NCBI RefSeq assembly: GCF_006345805.1
Contig: NC_043008.1
Location: 70,494,001 to 70,558,000, forward strand
Direction of reading: 5' to 3'
DNA: 64,000 bases
Origin: Octopus sinensis
Taxonomy: Eukaryota
Under the pieces are notes generated by a model, which was not told where the DNA came from, searched no databases, and worked only from the letters and a program-made list of their open reading frames with translations. How positions within the stretch are numbered: the first letter of the stretch is position 1; every line of letters begins with the position of its first letter. Made by a program: the position numbers and the translations under genes. Shown one piece after another: positions 51,882-64,000 of this stretch.

Positions 51882-52246
51882 ACCGTAAAAATTTATACAG
51901 AGAGTTGCTTATTTGCAAAAAAAAAAGAAATATAACATGTGACTTCATTGACCGAGGTTACCGTGGTCTGTTCCGTAGGCTTTTCTTTCCACGGGTAAAC
52001 CTCACCTGTCCTCCCCTTTACACTTCATATTGACATTTCTGTGATAACGATCCCTATTGATCAAATTTTTTTCACTTCCCCCCACACTTTATTATATTAT
52101 ATCCCCCCTTATTTTGTCCTCTTTCTTTCCATTTACGATCCCTTTTGATCGAAAACCAAACCCCCTTCTTTTTCCCCCAAAAGAAAAGCTCTACCTTGTA
52201 ATTTTGTCCTGTCTGTGTGCAGCCCTGTGTGGCTAATAAAGAAACA
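49929..52246 (+). mobile_element. Young 5'-truncated Tx1-group LINE inside (TATC)n
   Basis: RT and C-terminal CCHC in one frame, about 365-bp 3'UTR ending AATAAAgaaaca, TATC arrays on both sides. Confidence 0.93.

Positions 52247-52324
<78 letters not shown>
52247..52324. repeat. (TATC)n array directly after the LINE 3' end
   Basis: Direct reading. Confidence 0.97.
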
Positions 52325-52325
<1 letters not shown>

Positions 52326-53046
52326 ATACATGCATGCATGTATACATTCATGCATGTATACACACATAAAAATAACACACAAATACACACTTACACACAC
52401 ACACTCACACCCCCACCCCACCCCCACACACAGGACGGGCTTTTGCACAATTTCCGTCAAAGAAATTCATCTCACATGCTACTGAGAATTCAGTAGAATG
52501 CAAAGTACTTTCTCAACTTACAAAAATAATATGTATGTTTATATCAGTAATCATAAGCTGCACCCGGAGATAAAAGCAGTTTATCACAAATCATTAAAGC
52601 AACTCATTTGTCTGTAATCTCTTATATTCACATATTTATGCATTCATGAGTTCAATACAGAGTATTTCATAAGAATATCTTAAATAATATCTTTATGCAT
52701 TTTTCTTAGAAATCTTCTTCAGAAAATCTTATCAGAATATGAGCAGATTATCCGAAATATGCTGATCTATTTATTCTATAGTAACTTTTACAAATGCCTT
52801 TCCTTTTCACATATCGTTGTATTCTCATATATAAAGAGATTAATTACCGCCAAGTTCTTTTCAGCGCGTCGCAAATATATATAATCAATGTATATATAAG
52901 GAAGACTCAGAAATTGATAATGCAAGCCACCTCATGATCCCGATCTCCGAGTAGCGACTCAAGCAAGCGCAAATTTGAATAAACACCTACCACTCTACTT
53001 AATTTTCTCAAGACGTGTTTAATATATCTGTTTAATATTAGTGCGG

Positions 53047-53195
53047 CATTACTCCTGACTAATGTTTCAAGAATCCATCTGTGCAACTTTACTCATGATT
53101 AATTTTCGTATACTTCCTGTGTGCAACTTTACTCATGACTAATCTTTGTAAAATCTACTTGAACAACTTTACGCATGAGTAATACTTCTAGAATC
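53047..53195 (+). repeat. About 40-bp tandem repeat, 3-4 diverged copies
   Basis: gtgcaactttactcatga(t/c)taat recurs. Confidence 0.8.
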
Positions 53196-54616
53196 ATTGC
53201 ATAGGGAAACTTTGTGGAAAACCTTGTGGAAGGCATCCTATGCTATGCTGCAACTCACCCTTCTCCTTCCAACGTATTCTTTTACTTTCTATATTGTTGA
53301 ATCGAACGGATGTCTGCATCAGAGCTCTCTAAAAAAGAAAAAAAGAAAAAGACAACCAGTTTCTCATACAGAAAATAGTCTTTTTTTCTAGTTTTACTGA
53401 CAGAACCTCTTTTCATTGTTTGAAAGTTTACTCTGTTACCGGGAGTAGAAGAAAAACATATCTGTGAATATTTTAATTGTTTATATATTCAACAAATAGC
53501 TATTTGCAATATTTTCATGAGTTGCAAGGTAGCCATTTCAGATGGTACCAGGAAGAGCGCGCCGCTGCGATGGTAGCAGTTGCCACAGTTAAAGTAAAAA
53601 GCATTAATCCTCCCACACAAATTATTAAAAAGAACAACAACAAGAGATATCAATTAAAAATAAACAGACTGCAGAACATTCAAGCAGACAAACGTTGAAG
53701 CTTAAAAACGTAAAACTGCAAAAATTAGTTTTGGAAACATTTATTTGAATGTACAAAAAAAGTACAAACAGAAATAATGACCACCACAACCACCACCACC
53801 ACCACCACCACCACCACCACCACCACCACCACCACCACTAGCACCAGCAACAGCAACAGCAACAACAGCAGCAGTGGTCCAAGAATTTGGATCTGAAGAT
53901 ATCCATTCCCAGCGACCTTGAGGGCCATCGCCCAGTGGTGTCGGGCGTCAACGAAGAGCCCTCGACTACAACAAGACGACCAAAGTTTTTTTTTCCAAGG
54001 TCTGGGGGTCTCCTGCCCCTAAGCCCTAGACCATCATCTAATCACCCTTACCCGTCTTGTTGCTTAACAACAACAGCAACAGCAGCAGCAGAAAAATTCC
54101 ATCCTTCACAAAAACTATGTTAAAGGTAAGTTGAATGGAGACAAGACAAAAAAAAATATAAATGTTATGTCACAAAAATTGTGCTTCTTTGCTTGAGCAG
54201 TAAAGAGCTGCGAGGAAGAAGGCATTTCTCTGTTTACAAAAATAAAAAAAGGGTCAGTGGGAGCGCCGTAAGTCACTGGAAAAATGAGATGGCAGATACT
54301 CTGTGCGATGGACGGATGCCATAGACTGGGGCGCGGTAAATGAAAGTGTGTGGTGATATTTAAGATTGAGAATTGAGAATCCGGCGAGAAGACTGTCGTA
54401 GGGAAAGCATTGTTGTTGCTGCTGTGCTGCACACCTGACCACATGCTCGTGCCAAAGTATATGTGTCGCAGTAACAATCGAAGATCACACGGCTGTCCCG
54501 GAGTTGTGCCACATTGGGGGAGCAGACAGGGAATTAATCAAACCATAGGTGTAGAGATAAAAGCTTACATGAAAACATTCAGCCCAGGAAAAGGTGAAAA
54601 TAGAAAGGGGGAGAGG

Positions 54617-54672
<56 letters not shown>

Positions 54673-55353
54673 GTACCATCGATAGGTGAGCCAGAAAATG
54701 TGAGCCTTGAAGTAACTATCGTTGTTTACAGAGCCCCACCTGTTGCAGTTTCGATATTGCCTGAGCTGAAACTGACAGTACTGCCCCATCCTCAGTACAG
54801 CCAGCATCAGGGTCGACGAACTAAAGCAGTCTAGTGCTTTATTTCTCCCTCACAGAGCCAGCAAAAGTTACAAGAAACAGTACTGCCCTATTGTCTGGCA
54901 TTGATGATAAATAAACAACAACAAAATCAGCAGCAACAGCAACAACAACATTGTTTAATCGACTGAAAATGGACTTTTCAAATATGAAGTAAAACCTGCA
55001 AAGGGAAAACTAAGTGAAACCAAGGGTTTCGCTTTGCTTGTTGATTACTATGAACAAAAGCTTGTAGGCATCAGTCCAGGGTAGCTTTTAATGTGATCGG
55101 AACATCGCGGTGTCTCAACGTCTCTTTGTACTGGTGAATCGAGTGTATTATGAACACACGTTGTCTAAATAGACCGGGTGTTCTCCGATGGCGGAAAAAA
55201 AGGGGCAAGGTGCACACTGCTATGGACACCACATTGGCAACCGAAGCTGCTGTAACAGCATCAACATCAACATCAACAGCAGTCACAACGGCGGTAGCAA
55301 AATCAACAACAAGAGCAGCTGTACCAACAGCGACAGTAACAACAACAGCAGGA

Positions 55354-55520
55354 GTGGAGGCGCAATGGTCCAGTGGTTAGGACAGCGGACTCGCGGTCGT
55401 AAGAACGCGGTTTCGATTCCCAGACCGGGCATTGTGAGTGTTTATTGAGCAAAAACACGGGGAGTGGTGGTGAACCCCACTGTACTCTTTCACCACAATT
55501 TTCTCTCTCTCTTTCTTCCT
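55354..55520 (+). mobile_element. SINE family B head fragment
   Basis: gtggaggcgcaatggtccagtggttaggacagcggactcgcggtcg. Confidence 0.88.
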
Positions 55521-55891
55521 ATTTCTGCCACAGAGCAGAGGAACCATGGTGTAACCCACTATGGTGCGGTAAAACTTTCAGACCCTAGTCTAGATTGCGA
55601 TTCCTCTGTAACCCAGGATAGTTCAGCTCTCCACCCGTTAAAAGCCACGGTTTACGGAATGAGCATAACAACGTAACTTTTGCACCCGTCCAACCGCCAG
55701 TCTATCGCGTGTGGTGGGTGGATCTTCAAGTTGCCGCATGCATTCTTAGTAGCTTAGAGTAGACGCGAATTAGAGATTATTCTTTGTAGTTAATGGCGTG
55801 AGTCCTGATTGAAAGAAGAAGAAAAAGAAGACAAAAGCAGGAGCAACAGTAATCACCAAACAACAACAACAACAACAACAACAACAAAAAC

Positions 55892-55925
<34 letters not shown>

Positions 55926-56599
55926 ACAACAACAGTAATCTCAAAACAACAACAGCAGCAAGACATGCCATCGACGCTACAGTCCAGACGGACAGTTTCG
56001 CAGGTACCAACATCGAAAGAAAGTATTCCATGCGACCGGTGAAATTATTGGAGATCGCACAAATCGGCGAAACATTTTTGTAATCACCAATGAGAAAGCA
56101 TGTCTGATTAGTGGAATTTTGTCGAACAGGTTTTGTATGGGGTTGGACGGATCCAGTTGATGATTGAATCTATTGTGAATATTTCTCGCTCTACTTTTCA
56201 GTGAGACAAGCTTTCCTCTATCAAGTGGTTACGGCGAAAGAAATTCTGTAGTGAGCGCGACTGAAAGGAGAGAAAGCATCTTACTATTCGGCCAAGCTCT
56301 TGACATCTCTTCTCAGATTTTGCATGAAGAATAACATGTGAGTAGAGAGAAAGGTGTGAGATTGGTGAGCATAATCCAAATGAAAGCGTCTATTTCAGCA
56401 TGCACTGTCGGTGGGAAATGATTGCTGAGAAAGGTACTTACCTTTGGTAGTCAGGTTATTATCATATTTGTTTCTTGATGGTCTCCCCAATACAGGGAAT
56501 TTACTCTTAGTTTTTGTTTTCTCTAACTGAAAAAAACCCTGTACGGTGTAAGACCCCTTTCTTGTATTGTCAAACATCTGGGGCTATATTTCAGGTATC

Positions 56600-57650
56600 T
56601 TAATTTTATCGTCTGCTTTCGCAGCGTCGCATTTACCTTGGTTATGTACTGTGTTTTGTTTTGGCTTTGTTATTGTTATTTTATTGAATGTGTTTTGCGT
56701 AAAATGCATGCCTAATGTCTACTAGTATTAGTTTCCGTGTGTGGTGTGTACGTCCAAGTCCTTAACAATTTTGTTATGTATTTGTTTATAAGTTTTCACT
56801 CATTCCCAAAGCTTTATTATTGTGAGAATTCTTCCTTTTTTCATGACCCCATATTCTGGTTATTCCTAGTTTCAGATATTTGTATTTGAACAATTTCTCC
56901 ATTTGGAAAAGGGACAACTGACCTTTTCAGACTAATACTTCGATTAGTATAAACGAATTTTCTTAGTGGTATTCGAGAACAATAACCTGTTGATTAGTCT
57001 TAATCGCCTTGTCTGCATGTTCTGGCGTATTCCAAAACATGCAGCATTTTCTCGAGATTGTTTATATCAACTCTTTTCTGTCAATATTTTACAATATTTG
57101 CATAACTTCCAGTGTACATAAGTCCTAACTCAGTAATGCCTGCAGATGTATTTTTTCTTCTTTATGACTCAATGTGCTTATTTCTTCTAATTTCCTCAAA
57201 GTCAGCTGTCAGTTAATGTAGTCTGCTTTACTACAAGCTTTTCGTGATTTCTGGTGAGGGAGCTTTGATCCTGTCTTGCGATAAAGATTCAATATCTGCG
57301 TTGAGTCTCGCACTTCTCAACTAACGTTGTAAAATTTAAGTTTCATTTTCTTACATGCCAATTTCTTATATGCTATTCTGTAGTACTATAGTTTAGCTTT
57401 TCAACGATTTCTATCGTTGGTTCTGATTCTTTTCTATATTTGCCATTTTAGTTCCTGCTTTATATTTGTTGCTTATTTAAAGAGGAAAAATATTTTTCTT
57501 TCGTTTCTGTTTTGTAGATATTTATATCAGTTTTCCATATCTCTTTACTAGATATTTGTGTAGTTCTACAGTAGCCATTTATTAAGATCTCTGTTGCTGC
57601 TAAAAGCTTTAACCTACAAAAACTGATGATAAATATAATCTTCATATATT
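56600..57650 (-). mobile_element. Second, more decayed R4/Dong-type LINE 3' remnant
   Basis: ARLNADIES...TRNH; VHWKLCKY; ADKAIKTN; EKLFKYK.L...I..IWG in broken frames. Confidence 0.55.
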
Positions 57651-57987
57651 AGGTTTTTGGTTGGAGGTATGTCCTAAACGCAGTCATTATATTCTGGGTG
57701 TATTTAACGTTCATTTAACGTCCAACTAAGAACATAGTTGTAAATTATTGCAGGGACCGCTAGTGTATTAATACTAATTACACTTTTCTTTTTGCATGAA
57801 CGTTAAATTTGAATATTAATGAATATTTCATAAGAATATCTTAAAGATATTTAAATATTTAAGAGTAACTATTTACTTCAATACGTTCTGACTTTAAAAA
57901 CCACAGGGATTCATTTTGCTTTTCAATCTTTCGAAGAGGACAGGCGATTTACCAGTAAACAATTAGAGTAGAATAAACATATTCCCA

Positions 57988-58035
<48 letters not shown>

Positions 58036-58040
<5 letters not shown>

Positions 58041-58046
58041 TCCAAC

Positions 58047-58141
<95 letters not shown>

Positions 58142-58149
58142 GGAATTTA
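58036..58149. repeat. 11-bp perfect inverted arms around (TA)n
   Basis: taaattccaac (58036-58046) and gttggaattta (58139-58149). Confidence 0.9.
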
Positions 58150-58220
58150 CGAAAAAACAAAATACGAAGACAGGTGTATAAGCAACAAACAGGTATATTA
58201 GTTTAACGCTCGGGAATATA
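58139..58220 (-). mobile_element. PLE-type terminal fragment (family of 3130-3260)
   Basis: gaagacaggtgtat..aacaaaca.gt.tat.agttt.acg.tcggga shared. Confidence 0.6.
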
Positions 58221-58261
58221 TTTATGAATATATATAAGAATATATATATATACGTATATAT

Positions 58262-58648
58262 ATTCTTTTATTCTTTTACTTGTTTCAGTTATTCTGACTG
58301 CGGCCATGCTGGAGCACCACCTTTAAATCAAAGAAATTGACCCCCGGACTTATTCTTTGTAAGTTTGGTACTACCTCTATCGGTCTCTTTTTCCAAACCG
58401 CTAAGTTACGGGGACGTAAATACACCAACATCGGTTGTTAAGCGATGATAGGGGGATAAACACAGATACAAAAACACAAATACACAAACACACACTCACA
58501 CAGACACGCACGCGCATGGACACGCACATATACGATGGGCTTCTATCAGTGTCCGTCTACAATATTCACTCACAAGACTTTGGTCAGCCCGAGACTATAG
58601 TAGAAGACACGTGCTCAGGCTGCCAAGCTCCCTACAACACAGCCACGC
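58262..58648 (-). mobile_element. SINE family A, near full length
   Basis: Tail ttgtttcagttattctgactgcggccatgctggagcacc; head gagactatagtagaagacac. Confidence 0.88.
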
Positions 58649-58660
58649 ATATATATATAT

Positions 58661-58860
58661 AGTTAATCCAAACATGAACAAAGAGAAAACACAACAACGT
58701 GAGGACGTGGAACAATTATAGTGTTATTGGACGCTCAGGAACGGAAAGAAAGAATGAGGATTTAACGTTTCGAGCGGAGCTCTTCGTCAGAAATTGAGAA
58801 AAAAGGAAAAGTCTAAGGAAGGGAAGACGGAGAAAGAAAATCGCCAACGATACACACGCG
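58661..58860 (-). mobile_element. Hammerhead-bearing cassette, family of 46205-46392
   Basis: Colinear over about 190 bp; (TA)n at 58648-58661. Confidence 0.85.
58760..58794 (-). ncRNA. Minimal type I hammerhead ribozyme motif, intact core
   Basis: attt-CTGACGA-a-gagc-tcc-gctc-GAAAC-GTT-aaat. Confidence 0.8.
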
Positions 58861-59441
58861 GTCACATATTGAAAATCTGTACATATATGTATCCATATAT
58901 ATGTATACATACATATATATATATGTATAAAACGATGAGCGTCTATTTACTTCCCAGGTCTCCGTGTACGCACACGCACACACACATGCGCGCGCACACA
59001 CACAAGCACACACGCATACAAATCTACGTAGATATACAAGCTTTATTTGTTTCTTTTTAGATTGAAAAGAAAAATCAACAGCTTAATCAATTTTCAGTCC
59101 TTATTGAGGTCTCGTATTTGGCTAATTCCAGATTAGCCATTCTGTTTATATATACACATCATATATAATAGCTTCAGAGAATTGGAGTAAATAATTTGCA
59201 TAGAGCTTGATTTGATATCAGAGGGTTTCAACAAGAAACCCAATCCACACAGTATCGAGGCTGTGACATATATAATATATATGTATAATGTAGGCTATGT
59301 AGTAGATGCATCGAATTTCCCCCTCTTTCTACATACATACATACATAATTTCCTCTCTCTTTCTACACACATACATATGTATATGTATATATATACATAC
59401 ATACATATATATATACATATATAGTGAGAGAGAGAGATGTG

Positions 59442-59491
<50 letters not shown>

Positions 59492-59518
59492 TATATATAG
59501 ATACATATATATGTAGGT

Positions 59519-59562
<44 letters not shown>

Positions 59563-60820
59563 CACACTTATGCTTTTTAACTGAGAAGGATATATTTCAT
59601 TAAGGAGGTCTAATAAGATCTAAATATTTTTATCAGTTGACTTTAGAGACCAGAACTACTGCCATCTGCGTTGATTTCATTGGTAAAATAAATTCATTAA
59701 TGTGAACTTTTTTGTGTTATATTATTATTTAGAGATGTTAGTCAATGAGAGAAAAAAGTTCCGTTTACTGATTGTAAAGATAATTTAATCTGAGATTATA
59801 AACTGCCTACATTACATATAGCAGACTTTACTTTATATTTAGTTTTCTCTCAAGCACCCTTACTAACACACACACATATACACTGACGCATACCCAATGA
59901 CATGCAATCACAGTGACATGAACAAATATATACTCTCTCACACAATTTTTGTTGTCCAAAAATTTGCACTGATGAGATATGAATATCGAAACGTGTCTGC
60001 AGATATGGAATGGCCTATTTAGCACATTTTATGACATTTAATTTCTGTATTAAACATAATATTAAATATTCGTTTTCCTGTAGCTCTAGGTCATCTGTAA
60101 CAAGTACATCTACAGTTGAAGGTGATCATCTGAACGATGAGGTACGACAAACTGATCCGTAGCTCCCGATTTTCTAATTCTCAGATGTAAACCTCTATAT
60201 GATTATGAAATCAACATGAAAATAGAGCCATATATGCCAGAAATTTTACAATGTTTTTCAATAGTTCAGTATTAGTTATCTTTATGCCTGAAATCAGAAA
60301 AATTAGAAAAAATGAAGGAAAAGGGAAGAAAGTCAACTATCGGAAGAAAGACAGAAACGGACTGAAAAACTGATACAATGTTATATTGACTATTATTATT
60401 GTTTCCTATTTGTAATGGCATTTCTCCGCTGATCCCGGGAGATTGCAGCAACAGCAAGAACGGAAACAATAGAAACAGGAACAGTAGCTTCTTTAGCATT
60501 CGTAGCAGTAGTAGCAGTAATAGTATTAGTACTAGTTGTACTTTTTGTTATTGTATATAAGTCCAGATTATTCAGGGAAAGTCGTCACACATTAAGAGAA
60601 GGTAGCAAAAATTAACATACAAAAAGAAAACAAGATGGCTGCAACTCCAATAGATAGACACATTCTACATTTTGGTTGTGCTGTTTATTATTTTTAATCA
60701 CGTTTTTATGATTGATAATATCTTTTATAGAATCACTTCCATTTAATTTTTCTACTTTTATTCTTACGTTCATCATACTTAGATATTTGTTTTACATGCA
60801 TACGTACATTATTATTATTA

Positions 60821-60887
<67 letters not shown>

Positions 60888-61022
60888 TCTGTAACAAATG
60901 CTTATATGCCTTTAAATCTTTTTGTTGTATGATATTTTTCTTTGAGAGAAGACAGAAAAACATTTATATTAGTAGAAGGAAGACAATGTTATCAAATAAA
61001 TCTGAGAGATAATGATAAAATG

Positions 61023-61080
<58 letters not shown>

Positions 61081-62099
61081 AGTGCTAATAATAGTTGATC
61101 ATTAGTTGCAGTCAAACCAAAATTTAAAGCAGAAATGTAAAAAAGAAATAAAAGAATGAATGTTTGACATACGTACGTATATATTTGTATACGCATGTAC
61201 ACACATTCGCACACACACACACACACTCACACACACACAAGTATGTATGTATGTATGTATGTATATATATGCATACATACTCATATACTTATGCGTAAAT
61301 AAGCGTGCACACACGTCAGTAATTTCAGAAAACATACACGCATATATAATGTATAATGCACATGTACATATGCATTTATGTGTGTATACTTGTATAAAGT
61401 GTGTATTTATATATTTATATCTGTATATATATAAATATATATACCTAAGTATGTGGGTATGTATACATTTATTCATATATGTATATATATATTATATACA
61501 TATATATATATATACATATATAAGTATATATGAATGCATATATGTGTATGTATCTGCGTGTATAAATATACGTATATTACAAAAAAAAAATATATATATA
61601 TATATACATAGAACGGGAAATCAAGAAAGGCAACCGTTTTGTGTTAGATATTATTCTTTTTTACTTTGATCTGAAAAAACCACAAGATTTAGAGCATAAT
61701 CATACAACCATCCGTCTGATTTGAGGAAATCAAACCATTTTTCTTTGGGTGGAATTTATCAAAAGAGACACCAGTGATTTATATAAACCAGGTGTAGTAT
61801 TATACATTTCTTTATTGATCTAGTATTTTTTCGGACGCTTTCAGTTCATAACAACGACCATTCCATCGTACATGGAAGCTCGGTACGTGTCTTCGGAACA
61901 TGGTATATTATAATAGAATTGATAAATAACTGAGCATAAAATCTGAAGAAAAACATATATGGTAGCTAGCATTGATAGATAGAATTCAAATGAAAGAGAT
62001 AGATAGAAATAGAGATAGAGTGAGAGAGAGAAAAACGGATTTTTCTAAAACGTTTCTTAATTAATAATCATTATTTTATTATTTATTTAAAATTATTGA

Positions 62100-62667
62100 T
62101 TTTTTTTTAAACAAATGTAGAAAATAACAACAACAAATAAACCATGATGTCATTAATAACCAACTTAATTGTACAATTCTATAATGAATGGGAGGAGTTT
62201 CAGCCCTCCCACATCTTGCAAATAACAGAGATTCTGTACAAGTTGATATCACAGAACATAAAAGAATACACAGAGGGTAGGGCTAGAAGTAATTATTAAT
62301 ATCTTAAAAAAATATAATCGTAACAAGCTTCTAGAGGTTTGCAAAGATCTGTAGATTTACCACAAGTACCTTTTTTTATTTTCTTTTAGTTTTTGTTATT
62401 TTTTTGTTTGTTTATATATTATATTCCTTTTAAATGAAATTTTACCTTCAAGGAAACCAAAAGAAATGAAAAACAAAATCATAACAAAACAGTTTATACG
62501 AATTAAAAATACAAAACACAATTTTCTGTAAAGTATCTATAACCTTGGTCTTCATTTTATTATTATTTTATCATTGTCATTATCATATTCTTCTTCTTCG
62601 TCATCTTGTTGTTGTTGTGCTTCTTCTTTGTTATTATTATCACTATCTATTATTGTTATTATTATTA

Positions 62668-62719
<52 letters not shown>

Positions 62720-62969
62720 GATAGTTAATGAAATGGTATCGAATGGAAGAATTTATACATGTATTTACGTAAATGCTAAAGCAAAATAAAAATAACATAC
62801 ATCTCTCACTTTGTCTTTCTCTCTCTGTCTTTGTATATATATATACACACATACATATTCAGTTACATACATCTACACACACACACACACACACATATAA
62901 ATGCAAACATACAAACATACTAGCATGCATGCATACATACATACATACATACATACATACATACATACA

Positions 62970-63005
<36 letters not shown>

Positions 63006-63016
63006 TACATACTTAC

Positions 63017-63092
<76 letters not shown>

Positions 63093-63503
63093 ATATATAC
63101 ATATATATATCCATAAGACACAAAACCATCTTCGTACGGGCCGTGATTCAATTCCTTTGGATTAAATGCAAGTTTTATGGTTGAATTTTACTGCCAAAAC
63201 CGTCAATGTGGACGTTCATACTTTGAGTTCAGAACACATGTCATGGGTCGGAAGTTTGTATTTGTTGTTGTTGTTGATGATGATGTTGTTTTCTTCATTC
63301 TTCAGGTTTATGAATGGAGTCTTATCGTAAATAATTCATTAAGGCTAATTCATCGATGAGAATAGTATCTAGCTTGTATTAGAATCTAAGAAAACATCAA
63401 AATAACACGCAAAAACTGATGATTTCAGTGGACACTGTTTGCTTTCTAAGCTTTCTCTCTAACAAGGCTCCGCGAAAACGCACCCGGAGTAAATTTACAA
63501 ATA

Positions 63504-63568
<65 letters not shown>

Positions 63569-63820
63569 CAAGATTATCACAGGCTCTAGAGAACTTCATG
63601 ACTGCAAAGTGCAATTGTAAAATGTAAAATGCAGAAGTGAACTCAAAATTCATCGTTTCTTTTTATTTGTACAGACTCTTGGTAAGAAATGGAAAAAAAT
63701 ATCACAAATTCAATATTGAAAGCTTTCAAAGTTTACTTTTGTATTTTTTGATAAGGAAAGTCCTAGTAATATTTGGTTGAAAAGTATTCGCACTTCTTCA
63801 ATGGTACATAAGTGAATATG
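62100..63820 (-). mobile_element. Decayed L1-group ORF2 C-terminal remnant, broken by microsatellites
   Basis: KVNFESFQY*IC...LP and CT.CSHE traces near 63560-63760. Confidence 0.4.
62930..63110. repeat. (CATA)n(TA)n microsatellite
   Basis: Direct reading. Confidence 0.95.
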
Positions 63821-63834
63821 TATGTATGTATTAT

Positions 63835-63837
<3 letters not shown>

Positions 63838-63925
<88 letters not shown>

Positions 63926-63938
63926 CATATATATATAT

Positions 63939-63972
<34 letters not shown>
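63838..63972. repeat. (TA)n microsatellite
   Basis: Direct reading. Confidence 0.95.
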
Positions 63973-64000
63973 TCCTTACAGACACGCACATACATTGACA

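Noticed and set aside
53887-54123. 78-aa ORF starting at TTG as a host exon
   Set aside because: An in-frame TAG lies just upstream and TAA precedes the donor; no recognisable domain.
53500-56100. Conserved bilaterian microRNA hairpins
   Set aside because: I found no match by eye to mature sequences I remember; a miRBase/MirGeneDB search would be needed to exclude them properly.
60630-60645. CAAGATGGCTGC, a YY1-like promoter motif
   Set aside because: Single imperfect short match with no other promoter support.

Overview
Gene-poor, AT-rich, microsatellite-saturated eukaryotic DNA. The SINE families look like octopus (coleoid cephalopod) repeats; that assignment is from recall, not a database search. 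I find no credible host protein-coding exon and no rRNA, tRNA or CRISPR locus. Almost all ORFs in the track are microsatellite translations. Recognisable content: (1) Tx1/L1-group LINE pieces: a 5' end with ORF1 (1533-2500), a decayed copy (39600-42540), and a young 5'-truncated copy inside a (TATC)n array (49929-52246); (2) R4/Dong-type RLE LINE remnants (22811-23880, 56600-57650); (3) Penelope-like elements with RT-thumb/GIY-YIG remnants and about ten hammerhead-ribozyme-like motifs, three with an intact core; (4) Tc1/mariner remnants, MITEs and a Cys-rich DNA transposon fragment; (5) four tRNA-derived SINE families in many copies. Best leads: the Tx1 LINE apparently targeting (TATC)n, a SINE whose internal tail matches that LINE's 3' end (28/34 nt), hammerhead cassettes with stem covariation, and three retroelement classes each associated with a different microsatellite. 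Boundaries of decayed elements are approximate (tens of bp).
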